Source: Thermoplasmata archaeon
Lineage (GTDB): Archaea; Thermoplasmatota; Thermoplasmata; Lutacidiplasmatales; UBA184
DNA: 64,000 bases
NCBI GenBank assembly: GCA_022750195.1
Contig: JAKIWE010000001.1
Span: 244,672 to 308,671 of the forward strand
Direction of reading: 5' to 3'
The notes beneath the pieces are model-generated. The model was not told the origin of the DNA, ran no database searches, and saw only the letters and a program-made list of their open reading frames with translations. Below are positions 17,385-26,206 of the stretch, in pieces. How positions within the stretch are numbered: position 1 is the stretch's first letter; the number at the start of each line of letters is the position of its first letter. A program made the translations under genes and the position numbers.

Positions 17385-18347
17385 ATGGCGCGCGTACTCA
17401 TCACCGGGGGCACGGGGTTCCTCGGCTCCTACCTCTCTCGATTCCTCGCCGGGCGAGGGGACCAGGTAACGGCGACCTTCCTCGTCGACCCGGACCCATT
17501 CCTTCGAGAGACCGCCTCGACCACCTCGATCGTACATCTGGACGTTCGGGACGCGAAGGAGGTCGACACCGTCCTTTCGAAGGTCCGTCCCGAAGTGATC
17601 TACCACTTCGCCGGGCAACCGTACGTCCGCCCCTCGTGGGACGACCCCGTAGGTACGTTTCGGACGAATGTCGACGGGACGGTCCACGTGCTCGAGTGGA
17701 TCCGCCAGCATAGTCCGAGCACCAAGTTCGGATTTGCCGGGAGCAGTGCGGCCTACGGGATCGCGGAGCACCAACCGATCCCGGAGAACGAACCGCTGCT
17801 CCCCTCGAGCCCGTACGGCGCGAGCAAGGCCGCGGCCGACGTGATCTGCTATCAGTACTGCGTGAGCTACTCGATCCCGATCTACCGCTTCCGGATCTTC
17901 GCCACGACCGGCCCGGGCAAGACCGGCGACGCGCCCAACGACTTCGCCACGCAAGTCGCGCGGTTGGAGGGGGCCACGGGACGCCGGGTCCTGCGGGTCG
18001 GTTCGTTGGAGACCCGCCGTGACTTCAGCGATGTGCGCGACACTATTCGTGCCCTCTGGACGATCGTCGAGAAGGGGACCCCGGGCGAGGCCTACAACGT
18101 AGGGTCCGGCGTCACGCGAAGCATGAAGGGAATCGTCGAGGGCTTTCTCGGTCTTGCCAAGACCCCCATCGAGGTGGAGGTGGAGGATCGTCGCCTGCGC
18201 CGGGTCGACGAACCGGTGATCCACGCGAAGGTCGACCGCCTACGCGCGCTCGGATGGACGCCGACAGTACCGTGGGAGCAAACGCTCGGCGACCTACTGA
18301 ATCACTGGCGCCAGCACCCTGCTCCTTCGGAGCTGGCTCCCAAGTAG
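17385..18347 (+). CDS. NAD-dependent sugar-nucleotide epimerase/dehydratase (GDP-mannose dehydratase/reductase-like extended SDR)
   Basis: MARVLITGGTGFLGSYL Rossmann motif and YGASKAAAD catalytic YxxxK. Confidence 0.85.
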   Translation: MARVLITGGTGFLGSYLSRFLAGRGDQVTATFLVDPDPFLRETASTTSIVHLDVRDAKEVDTVLSKVRPEVIYHFAGQPYVRPSWDDPVGTFRTNVDGTVHVLEWIRQHSPSTKFGFAGSSAAYGIAEHQPIPENEPLLPSSPYGASKAAADVICYQYCVSYSIPIYRFRIFATTGPGKTGDAPNDFATQVARLEGATGRRVLRVGSLETRRDFSDVRDTIRALWTIVEKGTPGEAYNVGSGVTRSMKGIVEGFLGLAKTPIEVEVEDRRLRRVDEPVIHAKVDRLRALGWTPTVPWEQTLGDLLNHWRQHPAPSELAPK

Positions 18348-18367
18348 TCGTGAACCGGTTGGGGCGA

Positions 18368-18393
18368 TCGCGAACCCGGTCGAGGGTTCGCGA
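18368..18393. terminator. Perfect 10-bp hairpin (TCGCGAACCC-ggtcga-GGGTTCGCGA) between convergent genes
   Basis: Seen directly in the sequence, in the 83-nt gap between the 18347 and 18431 gene ends. Function as a terminator is an inference. Confidence 0.3.
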
Positions 18394-18430
18394 CCGTCGG
18401 GAAGCTCGATCCCGTTCCGGGCGTCCGGGT

Positions 18431-18907
18431 TCAGACCGCCTTGCCGCACATGGTGCAGGTGCGGGTCTGCATGTTGACCGCGCCGCCGCAGGCCGGGCAG
18501 GTCATCACGCCGGCCGTTCCCGGGGCGCCGGGCATCATGCCCGGGCCGCCCATCATCATCGGCATTGGCTTGAACACGAGGGCCAAGATTCCGCCGATGA
18601 GCGCCAGAATGAACCCAAGGATGAAGCCGCCGCCGCCGAGGGGGATGCTGATGACCGCGAAGACGATGATCAGGACGCCCCAAATGACGTGCTGCTGCGG
18701 GCGAACCCATACCATGACGCCTCCAACAATGACCAGAATGCCGAGGAGAGCGCCAATTCCACCGTAGAGTGCTACCGTTCCGCCGGCAGCACCGAATCCG
18801 AGGGACCCGATGATGCTGCCAAGCGCGATCAGAACGATCCCACCCAGCATGATGAATATTCCACCAATCAACGCTAGGACAAACGCTGCGGTCGGCTTAT
18901 TGCTCAT
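18431..18907 (-). CDS. Polytopic membrane protein with Met/Gly/Pro linker and C-terminal zinc ribbon
   Basis: Four Gly-rich hydrophobic segments, then PMPMMMGGPGMMPGAPG, then CPAC-x10-CTMC at the C-terminus. Confidence 0.7.
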   Translation of the reverse strand: MSNKPTAAFVLALIGGIFIMLGGIVLIALGSIIGSLGFGAAGGTVALYGGIGALLGILVIVGGVMVWVRPQQHVIWGVLIIVFAVISIPLGGGGFILGFILALIGGILALVFKPMPMMMGGPGMMPGAPGTAGVMTCPACGGAVNMQTRTCTMCGKAV

Positions 18908-18939
18908 TCGGCTTCCTCAATCGCGAGAAGAAAAACCCG

Positions 18940-20013
18940 TTACTTAAACGTTCGTTTGGAGCGTGCTATGGGGGTTTTTCGTCGCCGAACAGGGTTACTC
19001 TCCGACTTTGAGTGCGCATTGCCGCGCGCCGGGTGTTGGTCGAGCAGTCGACGGAGCCCGGCCGCTCGGACCACGCCGAACGGGGTGACGAACCCCGTGA
19101 CGTACCGTGCCGGCGTGACGTCGAAGGCCGGGTTGCGCACCGGGCTCGCCCGAGGTGCAAGTCGCCGGTCGCCGGCGAAGGCGATCTCCTCCGCTCCTCG
19201 CTCTTCGATCGGGATCTGGTCCCCGTGCTCGAGGGTGGCGTCGAACGTGCTCATCGGCGCCGCGACGTAGAACGGCACGCCGTTCTCGCGCGCCAGCACG
19301 GCCTTCTCGTAGGTCCCGACCTTGTTCGCAACGTCGCCGTTCCGGGCGATCCGGTCGGCGCCGACGATCACCGCGTCGACGTCGCCGCGGTGGATGAAGA
19401 AACCGGCGGCGTTGTCGGCGATGACGGCGTGGGGGATGTGCTCTTGCGCGAGCTCCCACGCGGTGAGTCGCGACCCTTGAAGGAGGGGTCGGGTCTCGTC
19501 GACCCAGACGAACAGTTTCGAGCCCCGGTCATGGGCGACCCGCAACGGGGCGAGCGCGGTCCCCCATTCGACCGTCGCGAGGGCCCCCGCGTTGCAGTGC
19601 GTGAGGACCTTCGGATCCCCCCGGAACAGGCTGGCGCCGGCTTCTCCGATGCGGTGGCATTCATCGACGATCCTGTGCGCGTAAGCGTCGGCTGCGGCTC
19701 GGGGATCCCTCCCGCCGGCCCAAGCCTCACGGACCTCCTCGATCCCAACGAACAGGTCGTGCGCGGTCGGTCGGGTCTCACCGAGAAGTTGGGCTGCGGA
19801 GGCCGGGGTGTGCCTTCGACGCGCCGCCGCGAGAACCATCCCGTACGCGGCGGCGACGCCGATGGAGGGGGCGCCCCGAACGGTGAGCGTCCGGATCGCC
19901 TCCGCGACCTCCTCGACGGTTCGGAGGTGTCGGACGAGGACGCGCCCGGGGAGCTCGCGCTGGTCCAGGAGGTGGAGCCGGCCCCGATCGAACCAGAGCG
20001 CTCGGACGGCCAT
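18940..20013 (-). CDS. mtnA: Methylthioribose-1-phosphate isomerase-like protein (eIF-2B alpha/beta/delta family)
   Basis: LWFDRGRLHLLDQRELPG start, VRGAPSIGVAAAYG motif and GADRIARNGDVANKVGTY motif. The N-terminal extension favours the MtnA type over the ribose-1,5-bisphosphate isomerase type. Confidence 0.8.
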   Translation of the reverse strand: MAVRALWFDRGRLHLLDQRELPGRVLVRHLRTVEEVAEAIRTLTVRGAPSIGVAAAYGMVLAAARRRHTPASAAQLLGETRPTAHDLFVGIEEVREAWAGGRDPRAAADAYAHRIVDECHRIGEAGASLFRGDPKVLTHCNAGALATVEWGTALAPLRVAHDRGSKLFVWVDETRPLLQGSRLTAWELAQEHIPHAVIADNAAGFFIHRGDVDAVIVGADRIARNGDVANKVGTYEKAVLARENGVPFYVAAPMSTFDATLEHGDQIPIEERGAEEIAFAGDRRLAPRASPVRNPAFDVTPARYVTGFVTPFGVVRAAGLRRLLDQHPARGNAHSKSESNPVRRRKTPIARSKRTFK

Positions 20014-20019
20014 AGAGGG

Positions 20020-21042
20020 TTACGCGTCGAAGGTGTGGAGCAGGTCGAGCCACGCCGCGTCGACGACCTTGGTCGCGCGCGTCGCGTCCTCGATCGTCAC
20101 CCCGACCACCTCACCGCCGTGAAGCGCGGCGACGTGTCCGAACTTTCCCGCGAGGGCGAGGTCGACGGCCCCGGCGCCCAGCCGCGTCGAGAGGAGGCGG
20201 TCGAACAGCGTCGGGGGACCCCCGCGCTGGATGTGACCGATCTGGGCGCTGCGCGTCTCGATGCCGGTGGCGCCTTCGATCCGTTTCGCGAGCCAGGCGC
20301 CTACGCCGCGCTCGCGGAGCAGGGCGTGGCCGAACTGGTCGCCCTCCGCTCTGCCGCCGCCTTCCAGGGGCAGGTCGATCCCTTCCGAGGCGACCACGAG
20401 GGCGTAGCCACGCCGAGCGTGGGCCCGTCGGATCTGCTCCATCAGCTTCGCCTCCACGTACGGCTCCTCCGGCACCAACGTCGCGTCGGCGCCGGCGCTG
20501 AGGCCGGTCGCGAGCGCGACCCAGCCCGCGTTCCGACCCATCACTTCGAGGACGATGGCCCGATGGTGACTGCGCGCGGTATCGCGAAGCCGCTCGACCG
20601 CGTCCATGGCGACGCTGCTCGCGGAGTCGAAGCCAAACGTCCAGTCCGTGGCGGCGACGTCGTTGTCCATCGTCTTCGGCACGCCGACGACCTTGCCGCC
20701 GCGCCGGCCGAGCTCGCGAGCGGCGGAGAGCGTATCGTCCCCGCCGATCGCGACGAGGACATCGATCCGGTTCTTCGAGAGCGTCGCAAGGACCTTCTCC
20801 GCGTCGGCCTCGGCCTTGAACGGGTTCGTCCGACTCGTACCGAGGAGGGTGCCACCGAGCGTCACCGATTCGGCGAGCTCGGCGGGGGTGAGCGGCCGAT
20901 GGAGGTCGTCCCGGAGGCCCTTCCAGCCGTCCAGGAACCCCTCGGTCGTATGTCCGAAGTGGGCGGCGCGGTAGACGACGCCTCGGATCGCGCCGTTGAG
21001 GCCCGGGCAGTCCCCACCTCCCGTGAGGACGCCGAACCTCAT
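20020..21042 (-). CDS. pfk: 6-phosphofructokinase, probably PPi-dependent
   Basis: MRFGVLTGGGDCPGLNGAIRGVV. IGGDDTL (Asp where ATP-PFKs have Gly) and PKTMDNDV (Lys where ATP-PFKs have Gly). Confidence 0.88.
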   Translation of the reverse strand: MRFGVLTGGGDCPGLNGAIRGVVYRAAHFGHTTEGFLDGWKGLRDDLHRPLTPAELAESVTLGGTLLGTSRTNPFKAEADAEKVLATLSKNRIDVLVAIGGDDTLSAARELGRRGGKVVGVPKTMDNDVAATDWTFGFDSASSVAMDAVERLRDTARSHHRAIVLEVMGRNAGWVALATGLSAGADATLVPEEPYVEAKLMEQIRRAHARRGYALVVASEGIDLPLEGGGRAEGDQFGHALLRERGVGAWLAKRIEGATGIETRSAQIGHIQRGGPPTLFDRLLSTRLGAGAVDLALAGKFGHVAALHGGEVVGVTIEDATRATKVVDAAWLDLLHTFDA

Positions 21043-22148
21043 GCAGCGACCTCGAGATACTCCCGGGGCGCGTCGGTGAGGAACTTGTAGCCCTTCTCGG
21101 TGACGAGCACGTCGTCCTCGATCCGTACTCCGCCTTTGCCGGGCAGGTAGATGCCCGGTTCGATCGTGACCGCCATGCCGGTGAGCAGTCGGCCCTCGCT
21201 GGACGGTCCCATCCCCCAGCCGTCGTGGACGGCGAGGCCGATCGAATGGCCGAGCCCGTGGATGAACCGCCCCTTGAACGGCGAGGCGTCGATCACCTTC
21301 TGGGCGGCCATGTGGACGTCGCGGCCCGCGGCTCCGGCCTTGACGAGGTCGAGGGCGGCGTTCTGGGCTGCCTGGACGGTCTCGTGCACGTGCTTGAGCT
21401 CCGGGTCGGCCGGCCCGAACCGGAACGAACGGGTGATGTCGCTGGCGTACCTCTGGTAGAAGGCGCCGAAGTCGCAGACGATCGACATCCCCGGGGCGAG
21501 CTTGACGCCTTGCGGGGAGTAGTGCGGTTCGGCGCTGTTCGGACCGAAGCCGACGATCGTGCTGAAGCTTCGGCCGGAGGCTCCACCCCGCATCATCCGG
21601 TACTCGATCTCGGCAGCGACCTCGACCTCGGTCATGCCGGTCTTGAGGATGGAGGGGATCTCCTTCGCCACCTTCGAGGCGATGGCGCCCGCCTGCTGCA
21701 GCCGCTCGATCTCGCGCTTGTCCTTCACGACGCGCGCCCGCCGGATCGCCTCGGAGGCGTCGATGAACGTCGAGCCGACGAGCACCTTGTCGAGGAGCCG
21801 GTAGAGCTCGTGGGTCAGCTCCGGATAGTTCAGCGCAACGGTCCCGGATTTCGGGGCGAGCTTGAGGAGCAGTTCCTCCCGCTCGGCCTTCGTCGAGGGC
21901 GCGTGGATGGTCACGTCCGGGTCGTCCCGCGCGGCCCTTCGCGCGCTCTCCTCCTCGAGAGGGCCGGCGATGATGTCCGCTTTCCCGTCGGCGTGGGCGA
22001 CGACGAAGCTCGACTCGAACAGCCCACTAGGCACGTCGAACACGTAGAAGAACGACTGGTCGAGGTGCGTGTCGAGACCGTTGGCCAGGATCAGCGCATC
22101 CGGCGCAACCTCGAGCTTGTCAAAGATGGAGCGGATCCGGCCCTTCAT
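21039..22148 (-). CDS. M24 family Xaa-Pro aminopeptidase/dipeptidase
   Basis: HGLGHSIGLAVHD, GMAVTIEPGIY and VRIEDDVLVT metal-ligand motifs. Confidence 0.88.
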   Translation of the reverse strand: MKGRIRSIFDKLEVAPDALILANGLDTHLDQSFFYVFDVPSGLFESSFVVAHADGKADIIAGPLEEESARRAARDDPDVTIHAPSTKAEREELLLKLAPKSGTVALNYPELTHELYRLLDKVLVGSTFIDASEAIRRARVVKDKREIERLQQAGAIASKVAKEIPSILKTGMTEVEVAAEIEYRMMRGGASGRSFSTIVGFGPNSAEPHYSPQGVKLAPGMSIVCDFGAFYQRYASDITRSFRFGPADPELKHVHETVQAAQNAALDLVKAGAAGRDVHMAAQKVIDASPFKGRFIHGLGHSIGLAVHDGWGMGPSSEGRLLTGMAVTIEPGIYLPGKGGVRIEDDVLVTEKGYKFLTDAPREYLEVAA

Positions 22149-23629
22149 GGGCCGGTCGCAGGCGGGGTCGGCGTTTCAAGGTTTGCGCCCGGGCTCCGCA
22201 GGTCCCGCCAGGAGAGGAGGAGCTCGCGGGCGGCTCGGACCTCGTCGACCCGCCCGACCGCGAGGTTGTGCGGCGCGGTCTTGAGATTCGCATCCGTGTC
22301 GGCGAGCGAGCGTTCGACCGCGGCGATGAACGCGTCGACGTCCCGGCGGCTCTCGGTCTCCGGCAGCTCGATCATCAAGGCTTCCTCGACGAGGGACGGG
22401 AAGTAGACGGTCGGCGCGTGGACGCCCTCGTCGAGCAGGCGCTTCGCGAGGTCGAGCGTGCGCAGGCCGCGCTGGCGGAGCGGCGCGCCGGAGAGCAGGA
22501 ACTCGTGCTTGACGAGCGGGCGGAACGGACGGGGAAGATGCCGGCCAAGCTTGTGAGCGGCGTAGTTCGCGTTCAGGACCGCCCGCCGTGAGATGTGGCG
22601 GAGCCCTTCCTCACCGTGCGCGAGCAGGAAGGCGTAGGCGCGCAGGTCGAGGCCGAAGTTGCCGTACCCACTTTTGATCTTCCCGATCGACTTGGGTCGG
22701 TCGTAGTCGAGCGCGAAACGGCGACCCCGCTTTGCGATCCGAGGCACCGGCAAGTACGGTGCGAGTTTGTCACCGCAAGCGAGGACTCCGGCGCCGGGGC
22801 CGCCCCCTCCGTGCGGGGTGGCGAAGGTCTTGTGGAGGTTCAGGTGGGCGACATCGAACCCCATCCGGCCGGGGTTCGTCACGCCCAGGATCGCGTTCAG
22901 GTTCGCCCCGTCGTAGTAGACGATCCCGCCCGCCGCGTGGACCGCTTCGGTGATCGCGGGGATCTCGGTTTCGAAGAGGCCCGCGGTGTTCGGGTTCGTC
23001 AGCATGAACGCCGCGGTCCGTTCCGAGAGCGCCGCGCGCAAGGCGTCGACATCGACGCACCCGTCGCGGGACCGGATCTCGTGGGCGGTGAACCCCGCCA
23101 TCATCGCCGACGCCGGGTTCGTGCCGTGGGCGGTGTCGGGGAGGAGCACCTCGGTGCGCGTCTCGAGCTCCCCTCGGTCGTGGAAGTAGGCGCGCGCCAT
23201 CAGCAACGCGGCATACTCGCCGTGAGCCCCCGCGGCCGGCTGCAACGAGATCTCGGGGAAGCCGGTGACCTTCGACAGCGCGCGTTCCAGGCGCCAGAAG
23301 ATCTCGAGCGCTCCCTGGACGGTCTCCTCCGGCTGGTTCGGGTGGAGCTCGGCGGCGGTCGGCAGGCGCGCGAGCCGCTCGGAGATCTTCGGGTTGTACT
23401 TCATCGTACACGACCCGAGCGGGTAGGTCATCGTCTCGATCCCGAAATTCATCTGCGAGAGGCGGGTGTAATGCCGCAGCACCTCCAGCTCCGAAAGCTC
23501 CGGCCACTGGAGCGGACTTTTCCGGTGCCACCGCTCCGGCAGCCCAGGGATCACCGGCGCCGCCTCGTCGCTCGCCCGCCCGATGTCCCAGATCGGGGGC
23601 TCGTCCCAACGGGCTTGCCGGAAGGTCAT
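22145..23629 (-). CDS. gcvPB: Glycine dehydrogenase (decarboxylating) subunit 2
   Basis: GSCTMKYNPK and NLHKTFATPHGGGGPGAG (PLP lysine region) motifs. 4-nt overlaps on both sides. Confidence 0.95.
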   Translation of the reverse strand: MTFRQARWDEPPIWDIGRASDEAAPVIPGLPERWHRKSPLQWPELSELEVLRHYTRLSQMNFGIETMTYPLGSCTMKYNPKISERLARLPTAAELHPNQPEETVQGALEIFWRLERALSKVTGFPEISLQPAAGAHGEYAALLMARAYFHDRGELETRTEVLLPDTAHGTNPASAMMAGFTAHEIRSRDGCVDVDALRAALSERTAAFMLTNPNTAGLFETEIPAITEAVHAAGGIVYYDGANLNAILGVTNPGRMGFDVAHLNLHKTFATPHGGGGPGAGVLACGDKLAPYLPVPRIAKRGRRFALDYDRPKSIGKIKSGYGNFGLDLRAYAFLLAHGEEGLRHISRRAVLNANYAAHKLGRHLPRPFRPLVKHEFLLSGAPLRQRGLRTLDLAKRLLDEGVHAPTVYFPSLVEEALMIELPETESRRDVDAFIAAVERSLADTDANLKTAPHNLAVGRVDEVRAARELLLSWRDLRSPGANLETPTPPATGP

Positions 23630-25011
23630 GCCGCTCCTCCCACCCTCGCAAGCGCGGCGCTGGCGGCGCGCTCGTACCGTTGGATCGACTTCGCATCCGT
23701 CCCCTCGTGCGCCGAGACGAGCATCAGTTCGCCGAACGGAGACCGGTGGGTCGGTCGAGGGTCCCGCAGGGGTATCCCGCCCAGGACCCCCTTTCGGCGA
23801 ACCGCGTCCAGGAATTCGGCGGCGGTCCCTCGCTCGATTTCTACCGCGAAGTCGGAGAGGAACGGCGCGGTGTGCCTCGGAGAGCGCAGACCATCGACCC
23901 GAGCCAGGGCCGCGGCGAGGCTTCGCGCCTTCTCGGCGTTCGCAGCCTGAAGCCGTGCGAGCCCTCGGGGCCCCACGACCGAGGCGTAGGCGAGGAAGGC
24001 AAGGGCGAGGAGCGACTGGTTCGTGCAGATGTTGGAGGTCGCGCGGGAGCGCCGGATATGCTGCTCCCGAGTCTGAAGCGTCAGCGTGTAGGCCCTGCGT
24101 CCTTCCCGGTCGACCGTAGCGCCTACGATGCGGCCCGGGGCGAATCGGACGTGCTCGCGGCGGCAGGCGAACAGCCCGAGAAGCGGCCCGCCGAACGCGG
24201 GAGTGGCACCGAACCCTTGCCCCTCGCCGACCACGATGTCCGCGCCCCAGGCGCCGGGCGGTTCGAGGACGGTCAGCCCGAGAGGGTCGGCGGCGACGAC
24301 GAGCGGAACTTCGCCGAGCGTGGACTTGAGATCGGGCAGTACCGGGTCGACGAGGCCGAATCCGTTCGGCAGGTCGACGAGCATCCCGAACACATCGCCC
24401 TTCGCCAGCTCCGAGCGCACGGCCGGCACATCGAGCCCGCCCGTGGCGGGGTCGAACGGGACCTCGACCAGCGAGAGCCCGTGGCCGCTACCGTAGTTCG
24501 CAAGGACGCTCTTCTCCTCCCACGGGAGGCTCGCGGGGATCAGGAACCGACGGCCGTCGTGGATCCGTCGGCTCAGGAGCATCGCCTCGCCCGCTGCGGT
24601 CGCCCCGTCGTACATCGAGGCGTTGGCGACGTCCAGCTGGGTCAATTCGACCCAGAGGCTCTGGAACTCGAACAGCGCCTGGAGCATCCCCTGGCTCGCC
24701 TCGGGCTGGTAGGGCGTGTAGGCGGTGTAGAATTCGCTCCGCGAGAGGATCCCGTCCACCGCCGCCGGGACGAAGCGCGTCGGAAGCCGACCTCCCAGGA
24801 ACGAATCGAACTCGGAGTACGGCTTGTTCCGGTCGAGGATCTTCGTGATCGCGTGGACCACTCCGGATTCGTCCAGACCCGGAGCGACCCCGATCTTCCC
24901 GACGCGCAGCTTCTTCGGGACGTCCTCGAAGAGTCGCTCGATGTCGGTGAGGCCGATCGCGCTCAACAGCGCGGCTTCATCGGCGGGTTCGTCCGGAATC
25001 CACTTCGCCAC
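23626..25011 (-). CDS. gcvPA: Glycine dehydrogenase (decarboxylating) subunit 1
   Basis: LSAIGLTDIERLFEDVP, FYTAYTPYQPEASQG and NICTNQSL motifs. Start placed at the GTG at 25011 (461 aa). The track ORF runs to 25389 through Arg-rich sequence that overlaps the divergent GTPase gene. Confidence 0.9.
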   Translation of the reverse strand: MAKWIPDEPADEAALLSAIGLTDIERLFEDVPKKLRVGKIGVAPGLDESGVVHAITKILDRNKPYSEFDSFLGGRLPTRFVPAAVDGILSRSEFYTAYTPYQPEASQGMLQALFEFQSLWVELTQLDVANASMYDGATAAGEAMLLSRRIHDGRRFLIPASLPWEEKSVLANYGSGHGLSLVEVPFDPATGGLDVPAVRSELAKGDVFGMLVDLPNGFGLVDPVLPDLKSTLGEVPLVVAADPLGLTVLEPPGAWGADIVVGEGQGFGATPAFGGPLLGLFACRREHVRFAPGRIVGATVDREGRRAYTLTLQTREQHIRRSRATSNICTNQSLLALAFLAYASVVGPRGLARLQAANAEKARSLAAALARVDGLRSPRHTAPFLSDFAVEIERGTAAEFLDAVRRKGVLGGIPLRDPRPTHRSPFGELMLVSAHEGTDAKSIQRYERAASAALARVGGAA

Positions 25012-25162
25012 GAAGTGACACCGGTTGGCGTTCGAGCCGGGAAGTCCATAAAAGAATTGGCTCGCCTTGAGGTAACCGAGCGTCTCCCGCGGCTGTCCCG
25101 CGCCCGGCGAGGCCCCGGCCGAGGGCACAAGGGTGAAGGGCCCCCCCCGCTCGCGGAACGGG

Positions 25163-26206
25163 ATGCCCGCGCGCCCACGCCCCAAGAAAGGACGGGAGGA
25201 GCGTACGGCATCGACCGCCCGACGCCCGGGAACCCCGATCACTGCGGAGATCCTCGATGCGGCGTTCCGACGGGCATACCGGGTGAACGCGCACGGCACC
25301 TCGCCCCTCGACCGTTCCCGGCGCCGCGCCCTACTGAAGATCGTCCGCTCCAGCGCCGTGGTGCTGCGACGTCTGCACGCGGAGATCAAGGGCCTCGGTA
25401 CCGACGACCTCAGTCCCTTCCAGCGGGCGCTGCTCGAACAGGCCTACGGGGGAGGGACGGTGCCCCGCTCGCTCCTGCGCATCCGGCACGCCGAGGAACG
25501 GATCCGCAACCTCCGTCGGGACGCCGAGAGGGAGCTTCCGAAACTGGTCGACGGCGACGCGCTCGCGGAAGCCGTCCGGCGATTCTACGGACGGCTGGCG
25601 AGCTTCGTGCGGGAGGTCGAGGGCGATATCCGTTCGCTTCAGAAGGCCCGCTACTTCCTGAAGGAACGGCCTCGGCTCGACCCCGGTGGTTCGACGGTGG
25701 TCATCGCCGGCTTTCCGAACGCCGGAAAATCGACGCTCATCGCGGCGCTCTCCACCGCCCGGCCGAAGATCGCTAGCTACCCGTTCACCACTCGGGCCGT
25801 CGCGGTCGGCCACGCCGACCTGGGGTTCGACCGCGTCGAGTTCGTCGATACCCCGGGCGTCCTCGGTCGCTCGGGTCGTGCGAACTCCGCCGAGCGCGAG
25901 GCGACGACCGCGGTGCGCGGCGCCGCTGCCATCGTCGTCTTCCTGATCGACCCGTCCGGCACATGCGGGTACCCGCTCGCGGATCAAGAGGCCTTGGCGG
26001 TGCGCTGGCACGCGGAGTTCCCGAAGGTGCCGATCCTCGAGGTGGAGACGAAGGCCGACCTCCTCCACCGCGCGACGGACCGGTTGGTGATCTCGGCGAA
26101 GACCGGCGAAGGGTTGGCCGAGCTGCGGACCCGCGTCGAGACCCTGTTGCACTCGGTCGAGCCGACGCCGGCCGAAGGACCGGTCTACGAGCTCGGTCCG
26201 ATCTAG
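25163..26206 (+). CDS. Nog1-like GTP-binding protein (archaeal COG1084 type)
   Basis: G1 [10 protein letters not shown]3 DTPG and G4 TKAD motifs. Start is uncertain: ATG at 25163 or GTG at 25133. Confidence 0.85.
   Translation: MPARPRPKKGREERTASTARRPGTPITAEILDAAFRRAYRVNAHGTSPLDRSRRRALLKIVRSSAVVLRRLHAEIKGLGTDDLSPFQRALLEQAYGGGTVPRSLLRIRHAEERIRNLRRDAERELPKLVDGDALAEAVRRFYGRLASFVREVEGDIRSLQKARYFLKERPRLDPGGSTVVIAGFPNAGKSTLIAALSTARPKIASYPFTTRAVAVGHADLGFDRVEFVDTPGVLGRSGRANSAEREATTAVRGAAAIVVFLIDPSGTCGYPLADQEALAVRWHAEFPKVPILEVETKADLLHRATDRLVISAKTGEGLAELRTRVETLLHSVEPTPAEGPVYELGPI

Noticed and set aside
23575-24117. Apparent 1-nt discrepancy between my hand count of the printed sequence and the ORF-track coordinates around the gcvPB start (C-run near 23578-23581), which could mimic a frameshift.
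   Set aside because: The track translations of gcvPB and gcvPA are continuous and full-length with all motifs. The numbering is back in register by about 24117. I attribute the discrepancy to my manual counting of a C-run, not to biology.
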